Shown one piece after another: positions 34,121-44,408 of a DNA stretch of 64,000 bases. The notes under the pieces are model-generated. The model searched no databases. It was not told the DNA's origin and saw only the letters and a program-made list of their open reading frames with translations. The DNA is from an uncultured Acidobacteriota bacterium (GTDB taxonomy: Bacteria > Acidobacteriota > Thermoanaerobaculia > Multivoradales > SZUA-115), in assembly GCA_963805975.1 (NCBI GenBank), contig CAWDVR010000001.1, forward strand, positions 1,120,001-1,184,000, in the 5' to 3' direction. A program made the position numbers and the translations under genes. Positions within the stretch are counted from its first letter, which is position 1. Each line of letters starts with the position of its first letter.

Positions 34121-34861
34121 GTGGAGATCAGCCCCCGATTCAAGGCCGTCGCGAAGCGGCTGCTCGAGCTCAGCGCGGCGGCGACCGGAGTCACCGTGCG
34201 CGTGGCGACGCGCGAGAAGGTGGCCGCGTTGACTTTCGACGACGGCCCGGACCCCGGATGGACGCCGCGCCTGCTCGAGGTGCTGGAACGTCACGGCGCG
34301 CGCGGTACCTTCTTCATGGTCGGCAAGTCGGCCGCCCGCTGGCCCGAGCTGGTGGCACGCGTGGCCGCCGCCGGCCACGCGGTCGGCAACCACACCTGGG
34401 ACCACCCCTCGCTGCCCACCCTCCAGGCCCGCTATCGCCGCCAGCAGATCCAGTGGTGCGGGGAAGCCCTGGCTCCGCACGGCGTAAAGCTCTTCCGGCC
34501 TCCCTATGGGCACTTGACACCGGCCACCCAGCTCGACGCCTGCCGGCTCGGGTACCGGGTGGTGACCTGGAGCGCCGTGGCCGAGGATTGGCTGGACGAC
34601 CCGCCGGAGACGCTGGTGGCGCGCGTCGAGCGGCGCTTGGAGCCGGGTGCGATCGTCCTCTTCCACGACCGTCTCTACACCACGGTCGATCCCCGCTACT
34701 CGGACCGCGGGCCGACCCTGGCCGCGGTCGACATGCTGCTCGAGCGCTGGGCCGGCCGGCTGCGGTTCGTCACCGTGCCCGAGCTCCTGGCACTCGGCCG
34801 TCCGCGCAACCGGCACGACTACCACCGCCCCGACCTCGCATGGCTGCGGCGGTTGCAGTGA
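34121..34861 (+). CDS. Polysaccharide deacetylase (CE4/NodB)
   Basis: LTFDDGP, NHTWDH, FRPPYG, VLFHD; GTG start inferred. Confidence 0.92.
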   Translation: MEISPRFKAVAKRLLELSAAATGVTVRVATREKVAALTFDDGPDPGWTPRLLEVLERHGARGTFFMVGKSAARWPELVARVAAAGHAVGNHTWDHPSLPTLQARYRRQQIQWCGEALAPHGVKLFRPPYGHLTPATQLDACRLGYRVVTWSAVAEDWLDDPPETLVARVERRLEPGAIVLFHDRLYTTVDPRYSDRGPTLAAVDMLLERWAGRLRFVTVPELLALGRPRNRHDYHRPDLAWLRRLQ

Positions 34862-35751
34862 CCGGCGAGAGCGCGGCGCCGCGAGAGGTCGCGCTCTCGG
34901 TCGTCATCCCCTGCCGCAACGTCGCCGCCACTCTCGGCCTGCAGCTCGCCGCCGTAGCCGCCCAGGAGTGGGCGGGGGAGTGGGAGGTGATCGTCGCGGA
35001 CAACGCTTCGAGCGATGGCTCGCGCGAGGTCGCCGAGAGCTTCCGGGAGCGACTCCCGGCACTCACCGTGGTGGATGCAACGGGCCACCAGGGCCCCGGC
35101 GGCTCTAGGAACGCGGGCGCCGCCGTGGCGCGCGGCGGGATGCTCGTGTTCTGTGACGCGGATGATGAGGTGGCCCCCGGCTGGCTCGCGGCCATGGCGC
35201 GGGCCCTCTGCGAGCACTCGCTGGTGGCGGCGCGCTACGACGCGCGTAAGCTCAACCCGGCGTGGATCGTCGAGGCGCGCGGCGAGCACCAGCACCAGGG
35301 CCTCAACCCCTACACCTACCCGCCGTTTCTGCCGCACGCCGGCGGTGGTGGCCTGGGAGTGCGCCGGCGTCTCCACGAGGCCATCGACGGCTTCGACGAG
35401 TCACTGCCGGCGCTCGAGGACACGGACTACTGCTGGCGCCTAGAGCTCGCCGGCCACGAGCTCGCCTTCGTGCCGGACGCGGTGGTGCACATCCGCTACC
35501 GGCAGGACCTTGCCGGGATGTTCGCGCAAACCGCGCGTTTCGGGGAGTACAACGTGCTGCTCTACGAGCGCTACCGGGCGCAGGGCATGCCCCGCCTCGC
35601 ACCCTGGGCCGGTCTCGCCCGCTGGATCAAGCTCCTGCTCTCGACGCCCCAGATTCTCACACGCCGCGGCCGTGCACGCTGGACCGCGCAGCTCGCCTGG
35701 CGGTGGGGGAGGGTCGTCGGGTGTGTGAAGTACAGAGTGTGGGCGCCGTAG
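34858..35751 (+). CDS. Glycosyltransferase family 2
   Basis: SVVIPCRN, VADNASSDGS, FCDADD, GFDE..EDTD; GTGA overlap with the upstream stop. Confidence 0.92.
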   Translation: MTGESAAPREVALSVVIPCRNVAATLGLQLAAVAAQEWAGEWEVIVADNASSDGSREVAESFRERLPALTVVDATGHQGPGGSRNAGAAVARGGMLVFCDADDEVAPGWLAAMARALCEHSLVAARYDARKLNPAWIVEARGEHQHQGLNPYTYPPFLPHAGGGGLGVRRRLHEAIDGFDESLPALEDTDYCWRLELAGHELAFVPDAVVHIRYRQDLAGMFAQTARFGEYNVLLYERYRAQGMPRLAPWAGLARWIKLLLSTPQILTRRGRARWTAQLAWRWGRVVGCVKYRVWAP

Positions 35752-35774
35752 GAGGCGCACAGCCAAGATCCGTC

Positions 35775-36182
35775 TCACCCAAACGGGTCGACGATCTCGA
35801 GCCCGGCCTGCTCGAAATCGCGCCGGTTCCGGGTTGCGATCGGAAGGCCGTGAACGAGCGCTGTCGCCGCGATCAGGCTGTCCTTGATCGGCATGGCTCG
35901 GCCGCTGGTGCGCAGCTCGGCGAGTAGTCGGGCCCAGCGCAACCCCGTGGCCGCCTCCCAGGGCAGGCAGTGGATGCGCTCGACTCCGTCCTGGAACCAA
36001 CGCTCCAACCGCGCGCGGCGTTTCCCGACGGGCAGGAGAAGTATCCCGAAACGGATCTCACCGAGGATGATGGGATCGACGACGATGTCCCGTTCGTGAC
36101 GCGCCAGCCAATCCAGAACCCCGGAGTGGGGTTTGGGGTTGGTCGCTTCACTGAGAACGTTGGCGTCCACCAGGACGGTCAT
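35775..36182 (-). CDS. vapC: VapC PIN-domain toxin
   Basis: LVDANVLSE, GEIRFGI, DSLIAATA..ATRNRRDF; ATGA overlap with the antitoxin. Confidence 0.93.
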   Translation of the reverse strand: MTVLVDANVLSEATNPKPHSGVLDWLARHERDIVVDPIILGEIRFGILLLPVGKRRARLERWFQDGVERIHCLPWEAATGLRWARLLAELRTSGRAMPIKDSLIAATALVHGLPIATRNRRDFEQAGLEIVDPFG

Positions 36183-36409
36183 AGCGTGTCGGTGGACTCG
36201 GACTCGATGGGGACGAAGAAACCCTTCTCGGGACAGGCCAGGAGCCAATCGAGAAGACCTTGGTTCCTCGGCGGAGAAAGGCGTACGAGCCGATACTCCC
36301 CGCGGTCGATGCGCTCGATCTCGAACTCCTCACCGGGCTCGATGCCATCTTGCCGGCGAATTTCAGCGGGGAGGACGATCTGGCCTTTGGTGGAAACAGC
36401 GGTACGCAT
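36179..36409 (-). CDS. vapB: AbrB/MazE/SpoVT-fold antitoxin (VapB)
   Basis: VSTKGQIVLPAEIRRQDGIEPGEEF. Confidence 0.9.
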   Translation of the reverse strand: MRTAVSTKGQIVLPAEIRRQDGIEPGEEFEIERIDRGEYRLVRLSPPRNQGLLDWLLACPEKGFFVPIESESTDTL

Positions 36410-36445
36410 GAAGAGTAAGATACTGTCTTACTGCGACCGCGTCAA
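36410..36445 (-). promoter_or_regulatory. vapBC promoter (probably leaderless) with overlapping palindromic operator
   Basis: Minus strand TTGACG-N17-TATCTT-N7-ATG, no SD. Inverted repeat AGTAAGA-N5-TCTTACT at 36414-36432 spans the -10. Confidence 0.75.
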
Positions 36446-36559
36446 GAGACGGAATGGAGTGAGTCTCTCCCGCTATCATGGGGCTTTGCTGAGAGTTCTT
36501 CGCGCCGCCAATCTGCTATCCTGCCGGCCGTTCGCCCGGCTTTTCCCGCCACCGTCACC

Positions 36560-37606
36560 ATGCGTGTCCTCCTCACCGGTCATCAGGGATATCTCGGCAC
36601 CGTCATGGCGTCTTGGTTGCGCGAGGCCGGCCACGAGGTGGTAGGCCTCGACTCGGGCTTCTTCGAGGGTTGTTTCCTTCCCGGCGAGCCCATGTCAGTC
36701 GAGGTCGAGACGCTGAAGAGAGACCTGCGCGACGTGACGGCCGCCGACTTCGCGGGCTTCGACGCGGTGCTGCATCTGGCCGGCCTCTCGAACGACCCGC
36801 TCGGCAACCTCGATGCGGACCTGACCTACGACATCAACGACTCCGGCTCGGTGCGCCTCGCGCGGCTCGCCAAAGAAGCCGGCGTCGAGCGCTTCCTCTT
36901 CTCCTCCTCGTGCAGCACCTACGGCGCGGCGGGCGACGACTTCCTCGACGAGACCGCGGCTTTCAACCCGGTGACCCCGTACGGCCACTCCAAGGTACGC
37001 ATGGAGCAGGCCCTGGGCGAGCTGGCGGACGACGACTTCAGCCCCGCCTACCTGCGCAACGCCACCGCCTACGGCGTGTCTCCGCGTCTGCGGCTGGACC
37101 TCGTGCTCAACAACCTCGTCGCCTACGCCGTGACCACCGGCCGGATCCACATGCTTTCGGACGGCACCCCCTGGCGGCCCATCGTCCACGTCGAGGACAT
37201 CAGCCGCGCCTTCCTCGCCGCGCTCGAGGCGCCCCGCGAGAGCATTCACGACCAGGCTTTCAACGTCGGCCGCACGGGCGAGAACTACCGCATCCGCGAG
37301 CTGGCCGAGATCGTGGCCGAGGCGGTGCCCGGTTGCGCCATCACCTATGCCGAGGGCGCTGGCCCGGACAAACGCTGCTACCGCGTGGACTGCGAGAAGA
37401 TCCGCCGCGTGCTGCCCGGCTTCGAGCCGCGGTGGGACGCACGGCGCGGCGCTCGCCAGCTTCGTGACGCCTATCGGCTGGCCGGCCTCACCGCCGAGGA
37501 GCTCGCGGGGAGCCGGTTCATCCGCCTCGGTCGGATCGAGGAGCTGCTCAAGAGCGGCGCCGTGTCGAGCGACCTGCGGTGGAACGAGCAGCCCACCGCA
37601 CCCTGA
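36560..37606 (+). CDS. NAD-dependent epimerase/dehydratase (extended SDR)
   Basis: [28 protein letters not shown]. Confidence 0.92.
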   Translation: MRVLLTGHQGYLGTVMASWLREAGHEVVGLDSGFFEGCFLPGEPMSVEVETLKRDLRDVTAADFAGFDAVLHLAGLSNDPLGNLDADLTYDINDSGSVRLARLAKEAGVERFLFSSSCSTYGAAGDDFLDETAAFNPVTPYGHSKVRMEQALGELADDDFSPAYLRNATAYGVSPRLRLDLVLNNLVAYAVTTGRIHMLSDGTPWRPIVHVEDISRAFLAALEAPRESIHDQAFNVGRTGENYRIRELAEIVAEAVPGCAITYAEGAGPDKRCYRVDCEKIRRVLPGFEPRWDARRGARQLRDAYRLAGLTAEELAGSRFIRLGRIEELLKSGAVSSDLRWNEQPTAP

Positions 37607-37619
37607 GCCGCGCCGGCCC

Positions 37620-38669
37620 GTGAGCGAGCCCCAACTCTCCCTGGCGGTGGTCGGCTGCGGTGCCGTCGCCGCCAACCACTACCTGCCGTCGATCGCGGCT
37701 TCCAGGCGCTTCGCGGCCACGATGCTGATCGACGCCGATCTGGGTCGGGCGCGTTCTCTCGCCGATCGCTGGCACGTTCTGCATGCCGGCATCGACTACC
37801 GCGAGGTTCCCGGCCGCGCCGAGGCCGCGGTCCTGGCCTTGCCCAACCACCTCCACGCCCCGGTGGCGTGCGAGCTGTTGCGCCAGGGAGTCCATGTCCT
37901 GGTCGAGAAGCCGATGGCCACCTCGGCCGCCGAGTGCGATGCCATGCTGGCGGCGGCGGAAGAAGGGAGGGCTGCGCTCTCCGTGGGGCTCCAGTTCCGA
38001 TTTTTCGACTCGAGCCGCTGGGTTGCGGACGTGTTGGCAGCCGGCCGCGAGGGCGGCGGCCCTCTCGGCCGCGTCCTCGGCTTCGACCTGCGGCTCGGCG
38101 TCATCTCTCGGTGGCCCTTTGCCAGCGACTTCCTCCTGCGCAAGGAGACCGCCGGCGGTGGGGTGCTCACAGACTACGGGGTCCATGTCTTGGACCTCCT
38201 GCTCTACTGGCTGGGAAACTGGGAGACGCTGCGCTATCGGCACGATGCCGAGGGTGGGATCGAGTCCGATTGCGAGCTGGAGATCGCGATGGAGGGCGGG
38301 CTCGCCGGCTTCGTCGAGATCAGCCGTTCCCGCAACCTGCGCAACACCTGCCTGCTGACAGGGGAGCGGGGAAGCCTCGAGGTCGGGATCTGGCACCCGG
38401 ACCCGCCGATCTCGCTCCGTCACGGCCCTCGCGAGCTGGCTCTCGACGGACACGCTCGCACGGCCGGCGCCACGGGCCTCGATTTCAACGGCGCCTTCCT
38501 GCGCTCCCTGGACGACTTCGCCACGGCGATCCAAAGCGGCCGTGAGCCCTGGGTCTCCGGCCGCGAAGGCCGCCGCTCCGTGGCCCTGATCGAGGCCTGC
38601 TATGCACAGGCGACGAGGCTCGAGCTGCCCTGGAGCGCCTCGCCTCCCTCCGCCAGGCAGAGCCCATGA
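37620..38669 (+). CDS. Gfo/Idh/MocA family oxidoreductase
   Basis: VVGCGAVA, PNHLH, HVLVEKPMA, GGGVLTDYGVHVLD. Confidence 0.92.
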   Translation: MSEPQLSLAVVGCGAVAANHYLPSIAASRRFAATMLIDADLGRARSLADRWHVLHAGIDYREVPGRAEAAVLALPNHLHAPVACELLRQGVHVLVEKPMATSAAECDAMLAAAEEGRAALSVGLQFRFFDSSRWVADVLAAGREGGGPLGRVLGFDLRLGVISRWPFASDFLLRKETAGGGVLTDYGVHVLDLLLYWLGNWETLRYRHDAEGGIESDCELEIAMEGGLAGFVEISRSRNLRNTCLLTGERGSLEVGIWHPDPPISLRHGPRELALDGHARTAGATGLDFNGAFLRSLDDFATAIQSGREPWVSGREGRRSVALIEACYAQATRLELPWSASPPSARQSP

Positions 38670-38685
38670 AGCCTGACGAGGCCCC

Positions 38686-39891
38686 ATGAAACTTGCCGAG
38701 GCGAACGAGCAGCTCGCCGGGCGCCGGGTACTGGTGACCGGCGGCAGCGGCTTCATCGGCGGCCGGCTGGTCGAGCGGCTGGTGGTCGAAGCCGGTGCCG
38801 AGGTCCGGGTCCTGGTGCGCAACTTCGCTTCCGCCGCCCGCCTCGCTCGTTTCCCGCTCGATTTCGCGCGTGGCGACGTGCTCGACGAGGCGGCGCTCGA
38901 GGCGGCGGCCCGTGGCTGCGCGGTGGTCTTCCATTGCGCCTACGGCACCTCGGGCAGCCAGGGGCATCGCGCGCGCGTCAATCGCGAGGGCACCCGCCGG
39001 GTGCTCGAGGCCGCGGCGAAGGCCGGGGTGGCGCGGGTCGTCCACCTCTCGACGCTGATGGTCTATGGCCGTACGGCCGACGGCGACCTCGACGAGACCG
39101 CGCCGCGCCGCCGCTTCGGCAACGCCTACTCGGACAGCAAGCTCGAGGCCGAGCGGCTGGTGCTCGACGCCGCGCGCGCCGGCCGCGTGCCTGCCACCGT
39201 GCTCCAGCCGACAGCGGTCTACGGCCCGTTCGGCGGCGTGTGGACCGAGCAGGTGCTCGGCAGCCTGAAGACGGGCCGCGCGATCCTGATCGACGGCGGG
39301 CGGGGCCTCGCCAACCACGTCTACGTCGACGACCTGGTGAGCGCCATGCTGCTGGCGGCGGTGGAAGAGAAGGCGGTGGGGGAGGCGTTTCTGGTTTCCG
39401 CCGAGGAACCGGCGACCTGGCGCGAGATGTACGCCGCCTTCGAAGCGATGCTCGGCGCCAGCCGCACGGTCTCGATGACCGCCGCGGAGGCGCGGGCTCA
39501 CTGGCAGCTCAGCCAACGCGCCCGCCCACGCCTTCTCCCGGCCCTCCTCGCCGGCCTGCGCGGCGATCGCGCGCTGCGCGAGAGCCTGCTCGCGACCCGG
39601 GAGGTGCTGGTCCTGCGCGAGCTCGCGAGCACCGTGCTGTCCGAGCGCTGGCAGGAGCGGATCAAGCGCCAGGTCGGCATGGGCTCCGCCGCACAGGTCC
39701 CGGCCTCTCCCGAGATCGAGCCGGAGCTGCCGATCCATCCCCTGAGCCCGTCGATGATCGACTTCTTCTCGGCCCGGACCCGCGTGCGGATCGCCAAGGC
39801 GAAGCGCCTGCTCGGATATCAGCCAGACTTCGACCTCGGGTCCGGAATGAGACTCACGGAGCAGTGGGCCCGCTGGGCCAACCTGCTCTGA
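38686..39891 (+). CDS. NAD-dependent epimerase/dehydratase
   Basis: VTGGSGFIG, VFHCA, YSDSK, VYGP, VYVDDL. Confidence 0.9.
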   Translation: MKLAEANEQLAGRRVLVTGGSGFIGGRLVERLVVEAGAEVRVLVRNFASAARLARFPLDFARGDVLDEAALEAAARGCAVVFHCAYGTSGSQGHRARVNREGTRRVLEAAAKAGVARVVHLSTLMVYGRTADGDLDETAPRRRFGNAYSDSKLEAERLVLDAARAGRVPATVLQPTAVYGPFGGVWTEQVLGSLKTGRAILIDGGRGLANHVYVDDLVSAMLLAAVEEKAVGEAFLVSAEEPATWREMYAAFEAMLGASRTVSMTAAEARAHWQLSQRARPRLLPALLAGLRGDRALRESLLATREVLVLRELASTVLSERWQERIKRQVGMGSAAQVPASPEIEPELPIHPLSPSMIDFFSARTRVRIAKAKRLLGYQPDFDLGSGMRLTEQWARWANLL

Positions 39892-39896
39892 CCGCG

Positions 39897-40592
39897 CTAC
39901 TCCGGCCGGCGGAAAGCCGCGATGGCCCATGCCCCCTTGCGGCCGGTGACCCGCACCCGGTCCACCAGCTCCAGATCCCCTTCGAGCGCACGCAGGATGG
40001 CGGCGGTGCGCGCCGAGTGGAACATCGACACCAGCAGCAGGCCACCGGGCCGCACGAAGCCCAGGTAGCGCCGGGCCTGGCCACGCGGGTCGTCGAGGTA
40101 GTAGAGGCTCTCGTTCAGGACCACGGCGTCGAAGGTACCGGCTGGCACGAAGGTCGCGGCGTCGGCTACCTCGAACCGGTCCGCCGCGGAGGCGCGCCGG
40201 CGCGCCGTCTCGACGGCCACGGTCGAGAGGTCGATGCCCTCGTAGGCAGAGTAGCGTCCGGGACCGAGGAGGTCGCGCAGGATGCCCTCGCCGCAACCCA
40301 CGTCGAGGATCGAGCGCGCCGCTGCCAGATGCTCGAGGAAACCGATGATCACGCTGTAGCGCGCGATCTCGTCCGCGCTGCGGAGCGTGGCCCACCGGCC
40401 CTCACGGTACTGCTCGTCCCAGGCCTCGCGGGCGACCGGCACGTCGCCGCGCGTGCCCACGTCTTCGAGCGTTCGCACCCAGCGCTCGAGGCCCGGCGTG
40501 CGGGGGAGGCGTCGGCCATAGAGCGCCGAGTAGTAGGCCCACACCACGGGCCGTGAGACTTTCCTGAGCACCTTGCGCAGCAGGCCGGGCAT
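39897..40592 (-). CDS. Class I SAM-dependent methyltransferase
   Basis: ILDVGCGEG, GIDLS, FDAVVLNESLYY, VRPGG. Confidence 0.88.
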   Translation of the reverse strand: MPGLLRKVLRKVSRPVVWAYYSALYGRRLPRTPGLERWVRTLEDVGTRGDVPVAREAWDEQYREGRWATLRSADEIARYSVIIGFLEHLAAARSILDVGCGEGILRDLLGPGRYSAYEGIDLSTVAVETARRRASAADRFEVADAATFVPAGTFDAVVLNESLYYLDDPRGQARRYLGFVRPGGLLLVSMFHSARTAAILRALEGDLELVDRVRVTGRKGAWAIAAFRRPE

Positions 40593-40708
40593 GGGAGATT
40601 TCCGCGGAGCGGAGAGTTGCGGCAGGTTAGCACAGGGCACCGGCACGGGCCGGGCTTGGTAAGCTCCCGCGCACCGTCTCGACCGGCCGGCTGCCACCCT
40701 TCTCCAGC

Positions 40709-42136
40709 ATGAGCGAACCCACCCTCCTGCCTTCGACGCCCGAACGGTTCCTGCGCTCGACGGTGGCGAGCTACTGGAGCCTGGGCGTGCGTCTGTTGAT
40801 CACCCTGGCATCGCGGATGGCGCTCGCCCGCTTCCTGCTGCCGGACGACTACGGCGCCTACGACTTGGCGCTGCGCGTCGTCACCGTGGCGTCCGCCCTG
40901 CGTGACCTGGGGCTGCCCTACCAGCTCATGCGCGACGAGCGCCGGCCCTACGGCACGGTGCTCGCGTTCGGCCTGGTGTCGAGCGTCCTGCTCACCCTGG
41001 CGCTCGTGCTCGGAGCGCCGCTCGCCGCTCCGTTCGCGCCCGAGCTGCCGGCGGTGCTCCAGGTGTTCGCCCTCTGGGTGCTGCTGGACGGTCTGGTGAG
41101 CGTGCCGCGGACGTTCTTCGAGCGCGAGCTCACGATCGGCCGGCTGGTGCTGCCCGAGGTGGCACGCGGAGCGTTGATGGCAGTGATCTCAGTGGCGCTC
41201 GCCGCCGCCGGCTGGGGAGTGTGGAGCCTGGTGATCGGCGACCTGGCCGCGGCGGCGCTCTTCGCGGCGCTGGTCTGGTGGCGGGCGTGGGGCAGGATGC
41301 CGCTCGCCGTGGACTGGGGGATGGTGCCCGACCTGCTACGCCGGAGCGCGCTCCTGTGCGTGATCTGGATCGTCTTCTACCTGGTGAGCTACCTGGACTC
41401 GTTCATCGTGCGGGCGTACGACGATGCCGAGGCGGTGGGCTACTACGGGCGCGCCTACTTCCTCGCCTTTCTCACCCGCCAGATCGTCTTTCCCCGGGCG
41501 CTGCTACCGGTACTGGTCGAGTACCAGCAAGACGCCGTGCGCTTCGCAGAGGCCTTCCGCGTGGGATCGATCTTCCTCTTGTTCTTCGAGGTCACGGCGG
41601 GCTTCTTCCTGTTCTTCAATGCCCAGAAGGTGGTGGAGGTCTTTCTCGGTCCGCAATGGGCGCCGGCCGTCGGCCTGCTTTCCATCCTTTGCTTCGTGCC
41701 CTTCCTGGACATTTTCTCGGAGCTCGGGGGCGAGGTGCTCAAGGTGCGGCACGAGGACCGCCTGTGGCTCCTCATCCTGCTGCTCAACCTGGCTTCACTG
41801 GTCGCCTTCGGCGTGCTGTTCACGCGCCGCTGGGGCGCCGCCGGCATGGCCGCGGCCAACTTTCTGTTGCTCGGCAACGTGCTGATGGCCTGGCGGATGG
41901 CGCAGATCTTCGGCCGCGAGTTCCGCCGCCTGCTGGAGGACATGGCGTGGCTCTACTTGGTGCCGCTGGCGCTCTTCGGGGGCGTGGCCCTGCTGCTGCC
42001 CACGGCAAGCTGGGGCCGGTTCCTGGCCTCGATCGCCGCCGGCCTCGCTACCGCCGGTATTCTCGGCCACCGCTTCCGGCCGCTCTTCCAGCGCTTCCTG
42101 GCCGAACGCTCGGCCGAGCCGGCTGCACAAGGCTGA
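40709..42136 (+). CDS. Wzx-like oligosaccharide flippase
   Basis: LARFLLPDDYG, GWGVWSLV, VGYYGRA; 12-14 TMs. Confidence 0.88.
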   Translation: MSEPTLLPSTPERFLRSTVASYWSLGVRLLITLASRMALARFLLPDDYGAYDLALRVVTVASALRDLGLPYQLMRDERRPYGTVLAFGLVSSVLLTLALVLGAPLAAPFAPELPAVLQVFALWVLLDGLVSVPRTFFERELTIGRLVLPEVARGALMAVISVALAAAGWGVWSLVIGDLAAAALFAALVWWRAWGRMPLAVDWGMVPDLLRRSALLCVIWIVFYLVSYLDSFIVRAYDDAEAVGYYGRAYFLAFLTRQIVFPRALLPVLVEYQQDAVRFAEAFRVGSIFLLFFEVTAGFFLFFNAQKVVEVFLGPQWAPAVGLLSILCFVPFLDIFSELGGEVLKVRHEDRLWLLILLLNLASLVAFGVLFTRRWGAAGMAAANFLLLGNVLMAWRMAQIFGREFRRLLEDMAWLYLVPLALFGGVALLLPTASWGRFLASIAAGLATAGILGHRFRPLFQRFLAERSAEPAAQG

Positions 42137-42165
42137 GAAAAAGGCCAGCGCCGGAGCGCTGGCCT
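42137..42165 (-). terminator. Intrinsic terminator for the minus-strand secreted protein gene
   Basis: AGGCCAGCGC-CGGA-GCGCTGGCCT hairpin with a T-run on the minus strand. Confidence 0.75.
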
Positions 42166-42192
42166 CTCGATCGAAAGCGTTGGGGCGGAAAT

Positions 42193-43551
42193 CTACTCGG
42201 GCCAGATTTGGAGAGTCAGGTTCTTGTAGTTCCAGCCGTAGGTGGGCGGTTCGTTCGGGTTATCGCCGTGCCAACTGAAGTCCGCCGTAAAATCCTCGTT
42301 GTTTCCGACTTCGATGTGGCGGACATTGGTGCGGTCGGTAGTGTGCAACAGCACGTTGCCGCCGGTGTCGAGGATCTTGTACTCCAGCTCGCGGTTGGCT
42401 GCGTCATAGGTGAACTCGTTGATGTAGGTCTGGCCGATCACCATGGTGAACGGGAGGTTGTACCTCGGCTTCGCAGTGGCTTCGATGTTCATGCCGTGAC
42501 GGAAGAGGACGTTGTGGGCCCCCGGCCCGCGGGCAGCGGCGAAGCCGAGCAACCGGAAGTGGCGGTTGATGGCCAGCCACCAGAGCATATGGATGCCGGT
42601 GGTCGGCTGCCTCCACCCGTTGTTGACGACCTCGACGCGCAAGTAGGCCTTGGAGTACGAGCCGTTAGGGGTCGGGAACGTCTCGCGGCGGTAGGGTTCG
42701 CCCCCGGTCGGCGTGAAGAAAGTGCCGCGCCGCTCGAAGCAGATGGCGCCCGTTGGGCAGCCCTCCGGATCCGGATCGGGGTCGTTACCACCCGGGATGA
42801 CCAGCGTCGAGGTCAGCAGCTCCGAGGGCTGGAGCACGTTGACGGCGCCGCTCGACGAATCGAAGGTCACCCCGTAGGCATAGAACGTACGGTTGCAGCT
42901 CACCGTGAGGCGGACGCCGGTGACGTTCGCCTGGCCGAGGAGGTTCAGCACGTCGGAGTAGCGGTTGAGCGACAGGGCCGGCATCGTCACCTGAGCGGTA
43001 GAGCCGATCGGCGAGCCGTTGGCCGCGAAGGCGGACACGCTGCAAGACGCCTGCTGCTGGGAGATGTTCACCAACAAGAAGTCCGAGATCTGCTGACTGT
43101 TCCTGGACAGGGCGAGCAGATGGGCCGTGCTTCCCGCGGCGAGCAGGTTGTCCGACGAGATCACCGGCAGGTTGGCTCCCACGCGTCCCAGGAAGTTGCC
43201 CACCGGTACGAGCTGGGCGCTGATCAGTAGCTGCGGAGCGCCCGAGATCTCGAGCATGCCCACTTGGTTGGGCCCGGCGACTCCCTGCACCAGTACCGAG
43301 GAGCCCGGCAGTACTCCCACAGAAGATAGAGCGGCGCCATCCCGATCCGTCCCATTCACACCCGCGCCAATGAAAAAGGTCGATAAACGCCGATTCTCGG
43401 AACCACGGTTCGAGGCCCAGACTTGCGTCTTGTAGCGGACCCCACCCACGGTTACGTCTGCCGCGTACGGCACGTACACGGCACCACCGAAAGCCGGAGC
43501 TGCGGCGGCGAGGCAGGTGATCGATGCAACGGCGACGATCAAACGTCTCAT
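42193..43551 (-). CDS. Secreted hypothetical protein (long paralogue, 452 aa)
   Basis: RBS GGAGG, signal peptide MRRLIVAVASITCLAAAAPAFG, beta-rich region, DPDPDP linker, extra C-terminal domain. Confidence 0.8.
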   Translation of the reverse strand: MRRLIVAVASITCLAAAAPAFGGAVYVPYAADVTVGGVRYKTQVWASNRGSENRRLSTFFIGAGVNGTDRDGAALSSVGVLPGSSVLVQGVAGPNQVGMLEISGAPQLLISAQLVPVGNFLGRVGANLPVISSDNLLAAGSTAHLLALSRNSQQISDFLLVNISQQQASCSVSAFAANGSPIGSTAQVTMPALSLNRYSDVLNLLGQANVTGVRLTVSCNRTFYAYGVTFDSSSGAVNVLQPSELLTSTLVIPGGNDPDPDPEGCPTGAICFERRGTFFTPTGGEPYRRETFPTPNGSYSKAYLRVEVVNNGWRQPTTGIHMLWWLAINRHFRLLGFAAARGPGAHNVLFRHGMNIEATAKPRYNLPFTMVIGQTYINEFTYDAANRELEYKILDTGGNVLLHTTDRTNVRHIEVGNNEDFTADFSWHGDNPNEPPTYGWNYKNLTLQIWPE

Positions 43552-43655
43552 GCTGAGACCTCCAAAAATGGAGTGAAGATGGACTGTTGTCCTGGCATGG
43601 CTCAACAGGTCGAGTGGGCTCTGGATCCGATGGTAAAGACCTCCCTGGTCTGGCG

Positions 43656-44408
43656 CTAGAGAGTCGAGGTCAAGGAAGCGGAAGGCTCGATGACCTTGAT
43701 GTCCGCGTTGACCGAGTCGAAGGTCAGCGCAAAGGCAGAGAAGCGCTTGTTGCAGCTCACTACCGTGCGCACCCCGCTCACCTGCGACGGGTTGAGGGTA
43801 GCGAGCACGTCGGAATAGCGGTTGATGGAGAGCGGCGCGATCGTGACCTGGGCCGTGGTGCCGAGCTGCGCGCCGTTCGCCCCGATGGTCGAGACGCTGC
43901 ACGAAGCCTGCGAGTGATCGACGTTGGCGAGCACGAGGTCGGTGACCTTCTGGCCGTCGCGGGCCAGGCCCTGGAGATGGACCGTGGTCCCGGCCGGGAT
44001 CAGGCTCTCCGAGGAGATCACCGGCAGCGTGGCGCCCAGAGCGCCGGCCTGCGCACCGACCGGAACGATCCGCGCGCTGATCGCGAGCTGAGGAGCGCCG
44101 GCGACCTCGAGCATGCCGAGCTGGTTGGGGGTGGCCAGATCCTGGACCAGCAACGTGCTGCCGGTGAGCACCGTACGGACCGTGGGAACGACTCCCTGGC
44201 GGTTGGTGCCGTCGGACCCGGCGTTGATCAGGACGGTCGAGAAGCGGCGATCTTCCGAGCCGCGGTTGGTGGCCGAGATCTGTGTCTCGTAGCGGATGCT
44301 CCCGACGGTGATGTCAGCAGTGTAGGGGACATAGACGGCACCCCCGAACGCCGGGACTGTGACGGCCAAGAGCGCGAGCGACAAGCTTGTGACGAGCGAA
44401 CGTCTCAT
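43656..44408 (-). CDS. Secreted hypothetical protein (short paralogue, 250 aa)
   Basis: Collinear with 42193-43551 (PAFGGAVYVPY, NRGSE.RR, GMLE..GAPQL, LPVISS, SCSVS, NRYSDVL, VSCN, LTSTL*). Confidence 0.8.
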   Translation of the reverse strand: MRRSLVTSLSLALLAVTVPAFGGAVYVPYTADITVGSIRYETQISATNRGSEDRRFSTVLINAGSDGTNRQGVVPTVRTVLTGSTLLVQDLATPNQLGMLEVAGAPQLAISARIVPVGAQAGALGATLPVISSESLIPAGTTVHLQGLARDGQKVTDLVLANVDHSQASCSVSTIGANGAQLGTTAQVTIAPLSINRYSDVLATLNPSQVSGVRTVVSCNKRFSAFALTFDSVNADIKVIEPSASLTSTL

